Positions 19,137 to 27,590 of a DNA stretch of 64,000 nucleotides are shown in pieces. The notes beneath the pieces are model-generated. The model had not been told where the DNA came from. It worked only from the letters and a program-made list of their open reading frames with translations, and did no database searches. Numbering within the stretch: the stretch's first letter is position 1; each line of letters opens with the position of its first letter. Origin of the DNA: Holophagales bacterium (GTDB lineage: Bacteria; Acidobacteriota; Thermoanaerobaculia; Multivoradales; Multivoraceae). The stretch lies in NCBI GenBank assembly GCA_009836625.1, contig VXVC01000009.1, positions 29,723 to 93,722 on the forward strand, in the 5' to 3' direction. The position numbers and the translations under genes are program-made.

Positions 19137-20510
19137 ATGATGAGGCAAACCTGTGGCCTGGTACTGACAGCGGTACTCGGGATTCCGGCCGTTCTTTCGG
19201 CACAGGGCACGTCGTACGTGCTGATCGGCGACACCGACGAGGCCAGGGAGGTTCTGCTCAGCGTCCACAACCCGACCGACCAGGGCCAGAGCTTCGAGAT
19301 TCTCCCGATCGCGGCGGGAACCAACGGCGTCGACCGCTCGACCCCGTCGATGCGGATCGACGTTCCGGCCGGACGCACGATGGTCTACTCCGATCTCGCC
19401 CACGACGGTCCCGCGATGGTCGAGCTGACGGCCCACGGGCAACTCACGTTTCAGGCCTACACGATGCCCAGGGACTCGAGCGGCAAGCGGATCGGCCTGC
19501 GGGAGCAGGTTCCAATCGTCGACTCGAAGAACCTCGTCTCCGGCGGAACCTGGGGCTTCGTGAGCGGGATACGGAGAGACAGCCGCGACCGCTCGGACTA
19601 CGCGATCCTCAACCTGTCGCACACCAGCAGCAGTTGCGAACACCGGGTGCGCGGCCACGACGGCAACTGGGCCGAGGAGTCCCGGGTTCTCAACCACCTG
19701 CCCCTGTCGCTGACCTACGTCACCGACGTACTCAAGGTGGTCGGCGTCGAGGTTGGCGATCAGTACACGATCTCCACGAACTGCGCCGACAACTTCTACG
19801 TCGCCGGGCTGGTCGCCGATGACGACGCGGACCGGCTGACCATCCTGCAACCCTCACAGAGCGGCGTCTCGACGCTGCGCCGTCCCGGGGAGGTTCCGCC
19901 GGAACCGGAGCCCCCGAAAGATCCTCCGGCCGACGGCTCGTGTCTCTCGAACTGGAGGTGCATCGGGATGGAAGGCATCTTCCATCGCGCCACGACGGCC
20001 CGACCGAGCTTCGAGACCAGACTGGACACGCCCGTGGGCGTCTACCAGCGGGCCGTCTTCCGCTTCAAGGTCCGCCACGGCGGCTGGAACCGCGTGTCTT
20101 CCCGCAACCAGAACCTGTTCTGGCTGGCTCGCGAGAAGCACGTCGACCTGTTCGGTTTCGGAGTCGCCAAGGGCCCCGGCGGGCCCGCGCAGGTTTTCTA
20201 CCGCACGGACTGGGGCATCAATCACGTGAACAAGCAGCGGGTGATCAAGCACTACCTGATGCGGGCCGGGGAGACGTACGACGTCATGTACGACTTCGAC
20301 GCCGGCGGCGGTCGCATCGTGCTGACCCTGACCGACTCGAACGGCAACGAGGTCATGAGGTCCGAAGGCCGGCCGAACATCTCCCAAATCCCCTTCGCGG
20401 AGGGACAGCGGATCGCTGTCGGCTTCGGCTTCCGCGGCGAACACCCAAACGAGCCGGCCCAGCCCGGCTGGCGCTGGTCCGACCTCCACATCGCACTGCT
20501 GCCCAGGTAG
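19137..20510 (+). CDS. Secreted hypothetical protein (two beta-rich domains joined by a Pro-rich linker)
   Basis: SD-like GAGGAG upstream, signal peptide ending in VLSA-Q and linker PPEPEPPKDPP. No recognised family. Confidence 0.75.
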   Translation: MMRQTCGLVLTAVLGIPAVLSAQGTSYVLIGDTDEAREVLLSVHNPTDQGQSFEILPIAAGTNGVDRSTPSMRIDVPAGRTMVYSDLAHDGPAMVELTAHGQLTFQAYTMPRDSSGKRIGLREQVPIVDSKNLVSGGTWGFVSGIRRDSRDRSDYAILNLSHTSSSCEHRVRGHDGNWAEESRVLNHLPLSLTYVTDVLKVVGVEVGDQYTISTNCADNFYVAGLVADDDADRLTILQPSQSGVSTLRRPGEVPPEPEPPKDPPADGSCLSNWRCIGMEGIFHRATTARPSFETRLDTPVGVYQRAVFRFKVRHGGWNRVSSRNQNLFWLAREKHVDLFGFGVAKGPGGPAQVFYRTDWGINHVNKQRVIKHYLMRAGETYDVMYDFDAGGGRIVLTLTDSNGNEVMRSEGRPNISQIPFAEGQRIAVGFGFRGEHPNEPAQPGWRWSDLHIALLPR

Positions 20511-20542
20511 CCGCGCCGCGCCGCCGCCATAAGGTTGCCGGC

Positions 20543-22012
20543 ATGAGGCGACGTCCGGCCGGAAACCGACTCGCGGCGGCGATCCTCGCCGTGGCCGTGT
20601 GGACGGGCTGCGCCGAGGCGCCGCCGGTCCACCGTGGACCCATCGTGCTGATCACGATCGACGCGCTGCGCGCCGACCTGGTCGGCACCGGCCTGCTGCC
20701 GAACCTGGACGCTCTCGCGGAGGAAGCGGACTGGGCCGGTGAGGCGATCACGACCTCGAGCTGGACGGTGCCGTCCATGGCGTCCCTGTTCACGGGCCAG
20801 CAGCCCTGGCGTCACGGCAGTTGGCACAGCGCCCGCGCCCACCTGCGCGACGACGTCCCGACCCTGCCCGAGATCCTCCGGGAACTGGGCTACGAGAACG
20901 CGGCCTTCCGCTCGAACAGTTGGCTCACGCAGACCTTCGGCTACGTCCGCGGCTTCGACCGCTTCGGCCCGGTGAGCCGGATGGAACGGGTCACGGAGGT
21001 CCTGGCGGCGCTCGACGGCGGACAGCAGTTCGTGTGGATGCACCTGCTGCCGCCACACGCGCCCTACCGCCGGCACGCCCGCTATCTCGACCGCCTGGAC
21101 GCGCCGCGCGACGACCTGCCGGAGCGCATCACTCCGCTCGACATGCGGCCGTTCGCGGACCCGGAGAGGCCCCTCGATCCGGATCAGCGGGAACGGGCCT
21201 GGCAGCTGTACCAATTGACCGCCGCTCACGCGGACAGCCAGGTCGGCCGGATGCTGGACGCGCTGCGCGCCAGCGGGCACTTCGACGAAGCCCTGATCGC
21301 CGTGACCTCCGACCACGGCGAGGAGTTCGGCGAGAACGGCCAGGTTCTGCACGGCAACAACCTGCACCGGGTGCTGATCGAGGTGCCGCTGATCGTCAAG
21401 CTGCCGGCGGACTGGCCCCGTGCGATCGACCCCGGCGCCACGGTGGCCAACCACCGCCTGTTCTCCACGCTGATCGAAGCCGCCGGCGGCACGCCGCCGC
21501 CCGGCAGTCCGCCCAGCCTGTTCGAGCCCAGCGCGGACGGCGCCCTGTCCGAGCTCTACCTGGGCAACGGGGTGAACCGGATGTCCCTGGTCGAGGGCGA
21601 TCGCCAGCTCCTGTGGACCAGCCGCTTCGCGCCAGCGGAGGAGCGCTACTTCGACGCGATGCTGGCGCTAGCCGGCGCCGAGCCTCCGTCGCCGCTCCCT
21701 GAGCCGCCGGAGGAGCTGACGGCACGCCTCGAACGGGAGTTCGAAAACGCGCCTCCGCTCATGGGGGCGCCCGGAACACGCCCCGGTCTCCAGGCCTTCG
21801 AGTGGGGCGCCGGCGGCACGATCGAGCCGGGCGCCGCGGAAGACGACTTCGCGCGCCGGTTGCAGGACCGCTGGCAGGCGGAGAACGGTTCCGATCTGGC
21901 CGCCAGGCTCGCCGAACGGGGCGAGCCCGAGATCAGTCCGGAAGAGATGGAACGGCTGCGCGCGCTGGGCTACGTCGTGACATCGCGCAAGCCGGCGCCC
22001 GACGGCCAGTAG
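20543..22012 (+). CDS. Sulfatase-like alkaline-phosphatase-superfamily lipoprotein
   Basis: Lipobox-like WTGC, IVLITIDALRAD, WTVPSMASLFTG and TSDHGEEF motifs. Start set at ATG 20543. Confidence 0.85.
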   Translation: MRRRPAGNRLAAAILAVAVWTGCAEAPPVHRGPIVLITIDALRADLVGTGLLPNLDALAEEADWAGEAITTSSWTVPSMASLFTGQQPWRHGSWHSARAHLRDDVPTLPEILRELGYENAAFRSNSWLTQTFGYVRGFDRFGPVSRMERVTEVLAALDGGQQFVWMHLLPPHAPYRRHARYLDRLDAPRDDLPERITPLDMRPFADPERPLDPDQRERAWQLYQLTAAHADSQVGRMLDALRASGHFDEALIAVTSDHGEEFGENGQVLHGNNLHRVLIEVPLIVKLPADWPRAIDPGATVANHRLFSTLIEAAGGTPPPGSPPSLFEPSADGALSELYLGNGVNRMSLVEGDRQLLWTSRFAPAEERYFDAMLALAGAEPPSPLPEPPEELTARLEREFENAPPLMGAPGTRPGLQAFEWGAGGTIEPGAAEDDFARRLQDRWQAENGSDLAARLAERGEPEISPEEMERLRALGYVVTSRKPAPDGQ

Positions 22013-22016
22013 GGCG

Positions 22017-22748
22017 CTACAGCCGCGGCTTGCTGGCGGGCCGGAGCCGCAGGTCGTAGACCTCCGCCGACGGCGGCAGCGCGGCGGCGTCGACGATCGC
22101 GGTCGCAACGTCCGCGGGGTCGAGAAAGCGCTCGGCGTCGTAGCGCTGGCCGAGACCGCGGCAGACGTCCCGCTGCATCCGGCCGCGGGTCCTCCCGGGG
22201 TAGACGCTCAGCACCCTGACGCCGTCGGCGTTCACTTCGGCGCGCAGACCGTCGGCGACCGCACGCAGCGCGTGCTTGCTCGCGGCGTAGGCGACGCTGC
22301 CGGCGCCCGCTCCGAGGCCGGCCGTCGAGTTGACGAACACGACCAGACCACGGCGGGCGCGGAGCGCCGGCAACAGTCGCCGGGTCAGAACGCATGGAGC
22401 GCGGACGTTGACGGCGAACTGGAGGTCGAGGTCCTCGATCGGCGCCGACTCGACCGTTCCCGCGCGGAACGCACCGGCGGCGTGGACGAGGAGGTCCACG
22501 CCGTCGCCCAGCGACTCCGCGGCCGCGCAGGCCTTCGCGACCGCCGGCTTGCCGGTGAGGTCTCCGGCGACGGTCCGAACGGCGCCGTAGCCTGCTTCGA
22601 GTTCCGCGTCCATCTCCCGCAGCCGCGCCTCGTCCCGGCCCAGAAGCAGCAGGGACGCCCCTTCCGCGGCGAGCGCCCGGGCGACGGCCCCGCCGATCGC
22701 GCCGGTGGCCCCGGCCACCACCGCTGTTCGATCGGCAAACCTCGACAC
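22017..22748 (-). CDS. Short-chain dehydrogenase/reductase
   Basis: VVAGATGAIGG Rossmann motif, VNSTAG and the YAASK catalytic motif. Confidence 0.9.
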   Translation of the reverse strand: MSRFADRTAVVAGATGAIGGAVARALAAEGASLLLLGRDEARLREMDAELEAGYGAVRTVAGDLTGKPAVAKACAAAESLGDGVDLLVHAAGAFRAGTVESAPIEDLDLQFAVNVRAPCVLTRRLLPALRARRGLVVFVNSTAGLGAGAGSVAYAASKHALRAVADGLRAEVNADGVRVLSVYPGRTRGRMQRDVCRGLGQRYDAERFLDPADVATAIVDAAALPPSAEVYDLRLRPASKPRL

Positions 22749-22754
22749 GCGCGG

Positions 22755-22774
22755 AGCTTACCGGCCGGTAAGCT
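22755..22774. promoter_or_regulatory. Perfect 20-bp palindrome carrying a TAAGCT -10-like box on each strand
   Basis: AGCTTACCGGCCGGTAAGCT lies in the 33-bp gap between divergent starts at 22748 and 22782. Confidence 0.6.
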
Positions 22775-22781
22775 GCGGTTG

Positions 22782-23846
22782 ATGCCGAGGTCGCTTCGCC
22801 TGACGCTGACGATCCTCGCCTTGGCCGGCGCGTCGCCTGGGGGAATCGCCGCCGACGGGCTGACCGCCTACCGCGGATCGGCCTGGGCGCATCTGCAGGC
22901 CACCTCCGATCCGCCCGTCCTGTGGCTGGGAACCGAACGCTCCGTCGAGTTGCCCGCGGCCGGCGCGGCGGAGGCCGCTCGCTACGACGACCTGGTTCTG
23001 ATCGAGCCGCAACCCGACGGCCCACAACCTGACGGAAGGGCGGAGTGGGCGGTCGCCGGCGTCGCCCGCGGCGCGGACGGGCAGCGCTTCCTGCTGTACA
23101 CCGGTCGAGGCGGGGAAGTGACCGCTCTGCCGGCGCCGGAGCGGGCGCGACCAGAGAACCGGCTGGCCTCGGCCCGGTGGCTCGCGTCGAGCGGACCAGA
23201 GCCGCTGCACGGCCTTGCCTGGCTCGAAGCGAGCCGTCCCCGCGGCCAGGAAGTCTGGCTGGCGCCCTGGGGCGAGGGCTACTTCGAACTTCCCTTCCGC
23301 CTGGTCGCGGACGGCCCCGGTTCCCAGACCGCTCTGGACGCGGCGGTGCTCGCCGACGGTTCCTGGCTGCTCGTCTGGTGCGCCTTCGACGGCGAGGACG
23401 ACGAGCTCGTCTGGCGGCGGCGGCAAGCAGACGGAAGCTGGGTCGGCGGCCGCGTCTCGGCCGACAACGGCGTGCCCGACATCACGCCGCGGCTCCGGGT
23501 CACCCGCGACGGCGCCGCGGTCGCCTGGAGCCGCTACGACGGCCACGTCTACCGAGTGCGAACGGCGCGCTTCGAAGACGGCCGCTGGAGCGGCGAAGAC
23601 TGGGCAGGTCCCGCCGATTCTCTCTACCCGGAATGGGCCGGCGGCGACAACACGCTGCTCTACTTCGAGGGCGCGAGCCGGACCTGGACCGCGGCCGGGC
23701 CGGCGTCGACGCTGCGCTTCGAGGCGGCGACATCGACGGCGCCCGTTCTCGACCGCGACTCCACGTCGGGGCGCCTGCGCGCGCTCTGGGCCGGGACGTC
23801 CGGCTGGCGAGCCGAACCCGGACGGTCTCCAGGGGTACGGCCGTGA
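22782..23846 (+). CDS. Secreted hypothetical protein, possibly a beta-propeller
   Basis: Signal peptide MPRSLRLTLTILALAGAS; repeats such as LLVWCAFDGEDDEL and AVAWSRYDGHVY; coupled by GTGA to the next gene. Confidence 0.65.
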   Translation: MPRSLRLTLTILALAGASPGGIAADGLTAYRGSAWAHLQATSDPPVLWLGTERSVELPAAGAAEAARYDDLVLIEPQPDGPQPDGRAEWAVAGVARGADGQRFLLYTGRGGEVTALPAPERARPENRLASARWLASSGPEPLHGLAWLEASRPRGQEVWLAPWGEGYFELPFRLVADGPGSQTALDAAVLADGSWLLVWCAFDGEDDELVWRRRQADGSWVGGRVSADNGVPDITPRLRVTRDGAAVAWSRYDGHVYRVRTARFEDGRWSGEDWAGPADSLYPEWAGGDNTLLYFEGASRTWTAAGPASTLRFEAATSTAPVLDRDSTSGRLRALWAGTSGWRAEPGRSPGVRP

Positions 23847-26176
23847 GGAGCTCCATCCGGGCACTGGCCGCGCGCGTCCGGGCCGAGCTCCGGAACCGCG
23901 AAGGGCTGTTCGCGAGCCGTACCGCGACTACGACCCTGGCGGCCCTGAGCCTGTTCCTCCTCGCGGTGCCGCTGACCGTCGGCAAGCCCGGCCAGCCGGC
24001 GACGCTCAAGGCCGACGAATCGGCGTACTACCTGATGGCGCTCAGCCTGGCGCGCGACTTCGACCTCAGCTACGAGCCGGCCGACGGCGACCGGCTGCTC
24101 GAGGAGTACCCGTTCAGTTCGACCGGCAACCTGATCCTGATGACCTCGGACGGCTGGCGAACCGTCCACTACGGCAAGCCGCTGGCCTACCCGCTGTTCG
24201 GAGCGCCCTTCGCCGCGCTCTGGGGCGCGAACGGGCTGCTGTTCCTCAACATGGCGCTCTTCGTCGCCATGCTGTGGCTGGCGGCGATGTTCCTGGCGCG
24301 TCGCGCGTCGCCCGCCGTCGCCGCCGCCTTCGCCTGCGGCCTGCTCCTGCTCTCGGCCTGCTCGCGCTACGTGTTCTGGATCCAGCCGGAGGTGTTCAAC
24401 ATGTTCGGCGTCTTCGGCGCCCTCTACTGGGGCTTCGAGAACCGCCGGCGCGCCTGGTGGCTGACGGCCCTCTCCGGCGTGCTGCTGGCGCTGCCGGTCT
24501 ACAACAAGCCGATGTTCGCCGCGATCGCGCTGCCACTGGCCGGCGCCTTCCTGCTGCGCCGGCAGTGGCGGACGGCCGCCCTCTGGATCGCCGGCTTCGC
24601 GGCCACGCTGGCGCTGCTCTCGGCGATGTCGCTCGGCTGGACCGGCCAGTTCCTGCCCTACCTGGGCTCCGACGTGCGGGCGGCGGTGCGCGTGTGCGAG
24701 CCGGGCGGCTGGCCGCCGGAGATCGTCGAGGCCCGTCGCATCGCCGCCGGAGCCGCTCCGACGACGGGCGAAGCGGCCGCCGCGGTGACCATCCCGGAGT
24801 CGCCCACGGGCAACACGTTCTCCTGGCTCTTCCGCGTTCCCCGCCAGTCGTTCGGTGAAGTGGTCGAGAACGTCGGCTACTTCCTGGTCGGCCGCCATGC
24901 CGGTCTGATGCCCTACCACCCGTTCGCGGTCATCGCCTTCGGCCTGTTCCTGTTCAGCGGCCGCCGCGACCGGGACCGCTGGCTGCTGGTCCTGGCTCTG
25001 GCCGTGATCGCGGGCTACTTCCTGCTCTTCATCGGCTGGAACTGGCAGGGCGGCGGCGGCTTCATCGGCAACCGCTACTTCGTCAGCGTGATGCCGGCCT
25101 TCCTCTTCCTCGTGCCGGGCAGGATCCCACCGTGGACGCTGCCGGCCGGCTTCCTGGCCGCCGGCCTGTTCGTCGGCGCGATGGTGCTCGCGCCCTTCGG
25201 GGTCACCGTGCCCGCGCCGACGCTGCAGGCGCACACCCGCAACGCGCCGCTGCGCTACCTGCCGTTCGAGTTCTCGCTGCGCAACGTGCCCGGCTACGAG
25301 CGGCGGAGCATCGCCGGCATGACGATCCTCGGCCGGGCCGACCGCGTGCTGGAACGCGGCGGTTCCTGGTGGGTTGCCGCCCGCGGTCCGAGCGAGCTGT
25401 TCATCGAGTCCAGGCACCGGTTCGACAGCCTGACGCTCTTCGTCACTTCGCCCGTGGCGCCGAATCGCGTCCGGCTGAGGCTCGACGGCGGTCCGGCGGT
25501 CGACGTGGAGTTCGCCGAGGCCGGCCGGCGCCAGCGGGTGACTCTCGGTTCATCCAGGCCGCACAAGACGCGCAGGCGCGACGGCCACCGCAGCTACGTC
25601 CACCGCCTGCGCGTCGAGACGGACCGCGGCGCGCCGACCGTCTGGACCAGGGTGCGGCCGCCGGCCCCGTGCGCCGTCTACGCCTGGAACCGCGAAACGG
25701 ACGAGACCTTCTACCTCGGCGCCGAACTGCGCTTCCTCGGCAGCGAGGAGCACATGAACGCGGAGGTCTTCGCGGCGCGGATCGGCACCGTCGGCCTGAT
25801 GCCGGCCACGCTTCCGGCCGGTGCGGAAGTCGAACTGCCGGTGGGCGTGACGAACGAGTCCCAGGTCACCTGGCGTCGCCAGGGCTACGTCGGGGTGAAC
25901 CTCGCGTCCCGCTGGCGACAGGGCATCGCCGGGCCCGAAGACGACGGCGCGGAACCCGGCCTCCGGGTCGGCCCGGAAGGCCGGCGCAGCCTGCTGCCGG
26001 ACCTGGCTCCGGGCGGCTTCGAAACGGTGATGCTGCCGGTCCGCGCACCGAACGAACCAGGCGACTACACCCTGGAGATCGATCTCGTCTACGAGCACGT
26101 CGCCTGGTTCGAGCAGCGCGGCGTCGTACCGCTGCGGCTGCCGATCCGGGTGGAGGCGCCCGGCGCGCCGGAGTGA
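23843..26176 (+). CDS. Polytopic membrane protein, GT-C (ArnT/PMT-like) glycosyltransferase, with a C-terminal NBR1-Ig-like domain
   Basis: KADESAYY in the first loop (DE motif), more than 10 hydrophobic spans and a C-terminal VTNESQVTW...APNEPGDYTLEIDLVYEHVAWF. Start set at GTG 23843. Confidence 0.7.
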   Translation: MRSSIRALAARVRAELRNREGLFASRTATTTLAALSLFLLAVPLTVGKPGQPATLKADESAYYLMALSLARDFDLSYEPADGDRLLEEYPFSSTGNLILMTSDGWRTVHYGKPLAYPLFGAPFAALWGANGLLFLNMALFVAMLWLAAMFLARRASPAVAAAFACGLLLLSACSRYVFWIQPEVFNMFGVFGALYWGFENRRRAWWLTALSGVLLALPVYNKPMFAAIALPLAGAFLLRRQWRTAALWIAGFAATLALLSAMSLGWTGQFLPYLGSDVRAAVRVCEPGGWPPEIVEARRIAAGAAPTTGEAAAAVTIPESPTGNTFSWLFRVPRQSFGEVVENVGYFLVGRHAGLMPYHPFAVIAFGLFLFSGRRDRDRWLLVLALAVIAGYFLLFIGWNWQGGGGFIGNRYFVSVMPAFLFLVPGRIPPWTLPAGFLAAGLFVGAMVLAPFGVTVPAPTLQAHTRNAPLRYLPFEFSLRNVPGYERRSIAGMTILGRADRVLERGGSWWVAARGPSELFIESRHRFDSLTLFVTSPVAPNRVRLRLDGGPAVDVEFAEAGRRQRVTLGSSRPHKTRRRDGHRSYVHRLRVETDRGAPTVWTRVRPPAPCAVYAWNRETDETFYLGAELRFLGSEEHMNAEVFAARIGTVGLMPATLPAGAEVELPVGVTNESQVTWRRQGYVGVNLASRWRQGIAGPEDDGAEPGLRVGPEGRRSLLPDLAPGGFETVMLPVRAPNEPGDYTLEIDLVYEHVAWFEQRGVVPLRLPIRVEAPGAPE

Positions 26177-26183
26177 GGCGAGC

Positions 26184-27560
26184 TCAGGCCAGTCTTTCCA
26201 GCAGACCGGCGTCGCGCAGCGCGTCGGCCGCCTCGCCGACGACGCCTGGCGGCAAGCCGGAGCGCTCCGCGATGTCGTCCAGCGAGTGCTCGCCGTCGCT
26301 CTGGTTGAGCACCCAGAGCATCGCGATCTCGAAGTCCTTGCGGCCGGCGCCGCCGAGGCCGCCGTAGAGGCCGCGGCGGCCGAGCTGGGGTTCGCCGAAG
26401 GGCTCGAGGTTGCGGTAGCGGCGGCCGCCGGCGCTCTTCCGGCCGCCTTCGACGGCGGCCGGCGGGCACGCCGGCGCACCCGGTCCTTCCTCCAGCACGG
26501 CAGCGGTCGCCAGATACGCCGCCAGCGAGCCGGCCAGGGCTTCCGCGCCAATGAACGAGAGATCGTCGGCGGAGGTGTGGTACTCGAGGTAGCGGCCCCA
26601 GGGGGTGCGGGTCAGGACGCCGACGGGCAAGTCGAAGCCGGGGGAGCAGTACTGGCGCTCGTCGTAGCCGAAGGGGAAGAAGCCCTCGGTGACGAGGTCC
26701 TCGCCGAGGCCGGCCAGGGCGGCGACCACCGCTCGGTCGATCTCGCGGTCGCCGCGGCGGCTCTTCTTGTAGTGGAAGCCGCCCCCGTCACCCAGGTTGG
26801 CTGCGATCAGGCCGTGGCGGAAGCTGTCCAGGCGGTCCCGGTTCCGGGCCAGCCAGGCGATCGCGCCGATGCCGCCCGGCGCGAACAGGAAGCGGTAGCT
26901 GTAGCGGCGCTCGGGGACCCGGGCGAGGGCCTCGGCGAGATGGACGGCAACCGCGATCCCCGAGAGGTTGTCGTTGGCGAGCTGCGGGTGGCAGACGTGG
27001 CTGGAGATGAGGACCTCTTCGGCGCTCGACCCGGGCAACAGGCATTCCCCCCAGGTCATCGAGCCGTCCTCGAGCGAGGCGTCGATGAGCACTTCGTACT
27101 CGCCTTCGCGCAGGGATGCGAGGAGTCGGTGGGGCAGGCAGAAGCCCCAGGTTTCCTCGTAGTAGGAGGTGCGGTACGGGATCAGGTCCGGGTGTTCCGG
27201 CAAGCTGTGGAGGTGCGTCCGGAGTTCGTTCAGGGGAAGCCGCCGATGGACGGGGACGCTGTAGCCGACCAGGTGGAGCTCGTGGTCGGCGAAGTCGACG
27301 ACGCGGCGGCCCGAGGGATCGCGGATCCACGCCTCGCGCGGGTTCCACTCCCGCGGCACGGTCCAGTCAAGGACCGGCGTGCCGGTGGGGAGTTCTTGGA
27401 CCTGCAGCGGGATCCGGCGGGCGATCCGTTCGAGCGTCGCGCGGACCCCGTCGCCAGTGAGGCTGCGGCGGATGGGGTAGAGCTCGGCGGCGAGGTCCAT
27501 CATCGATCGACCGGCCGTCTCGCGGTCGAGGGCGGCCAGGGCCTGCCGGATGGTGGACAT
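26184..27560 (-). CDS. DUF4910-family aminopeptidase-like protein with a C-terminal HTH
   Basis: RSLTGDGVR, DWTVPREW, IPYRTSYY, SSHVCHPQLANDNLSG and DERQYCSPG motifs. Confidence 0.85.
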   Translation of the reverse strand: MSTIRQALAALDRETAGRSMMDLAAELYPIRRSLTGDGVRATLERIARRIPLQVQELPTGTPVLDWTVPREWNPREAWIRDPSGRRVVDFADHELHLVGYSVPVHRRLPLNELRTHLHSLPEHPDLIPYRTSYYEETWGFCLPHRLLASLREGEYEVLIDASLEDGSMTWGECLLPGSSAEEVLISSHVCHPQLANDNLSGIAVAVHLAEALARVPERRYSYRFLFAPGGIGAIAWLARNRDRLDSFRHGLIAANLGDGGGFHYKKSRRGDREIDRAVVAALAGLGEDLVTEGFFPFGYDERQYCSPGFDLPVGVLTRTPWGRYLEYHTSADDLSFIGAEALAGSLAAYLATAAVLEEGPGAPACPPAAVEGGRKSAGGRRYRNLEPFGEPQLGRRGLYGGLGGAGRKDFEIAMLWVLNQSDGEHSLDDIAERSGLPPGVVGEAADALRDAGLLERLA

Positions 27561-27590
27561 GGACCTATTCTGCGCGAAGCCGGCTCTCCG

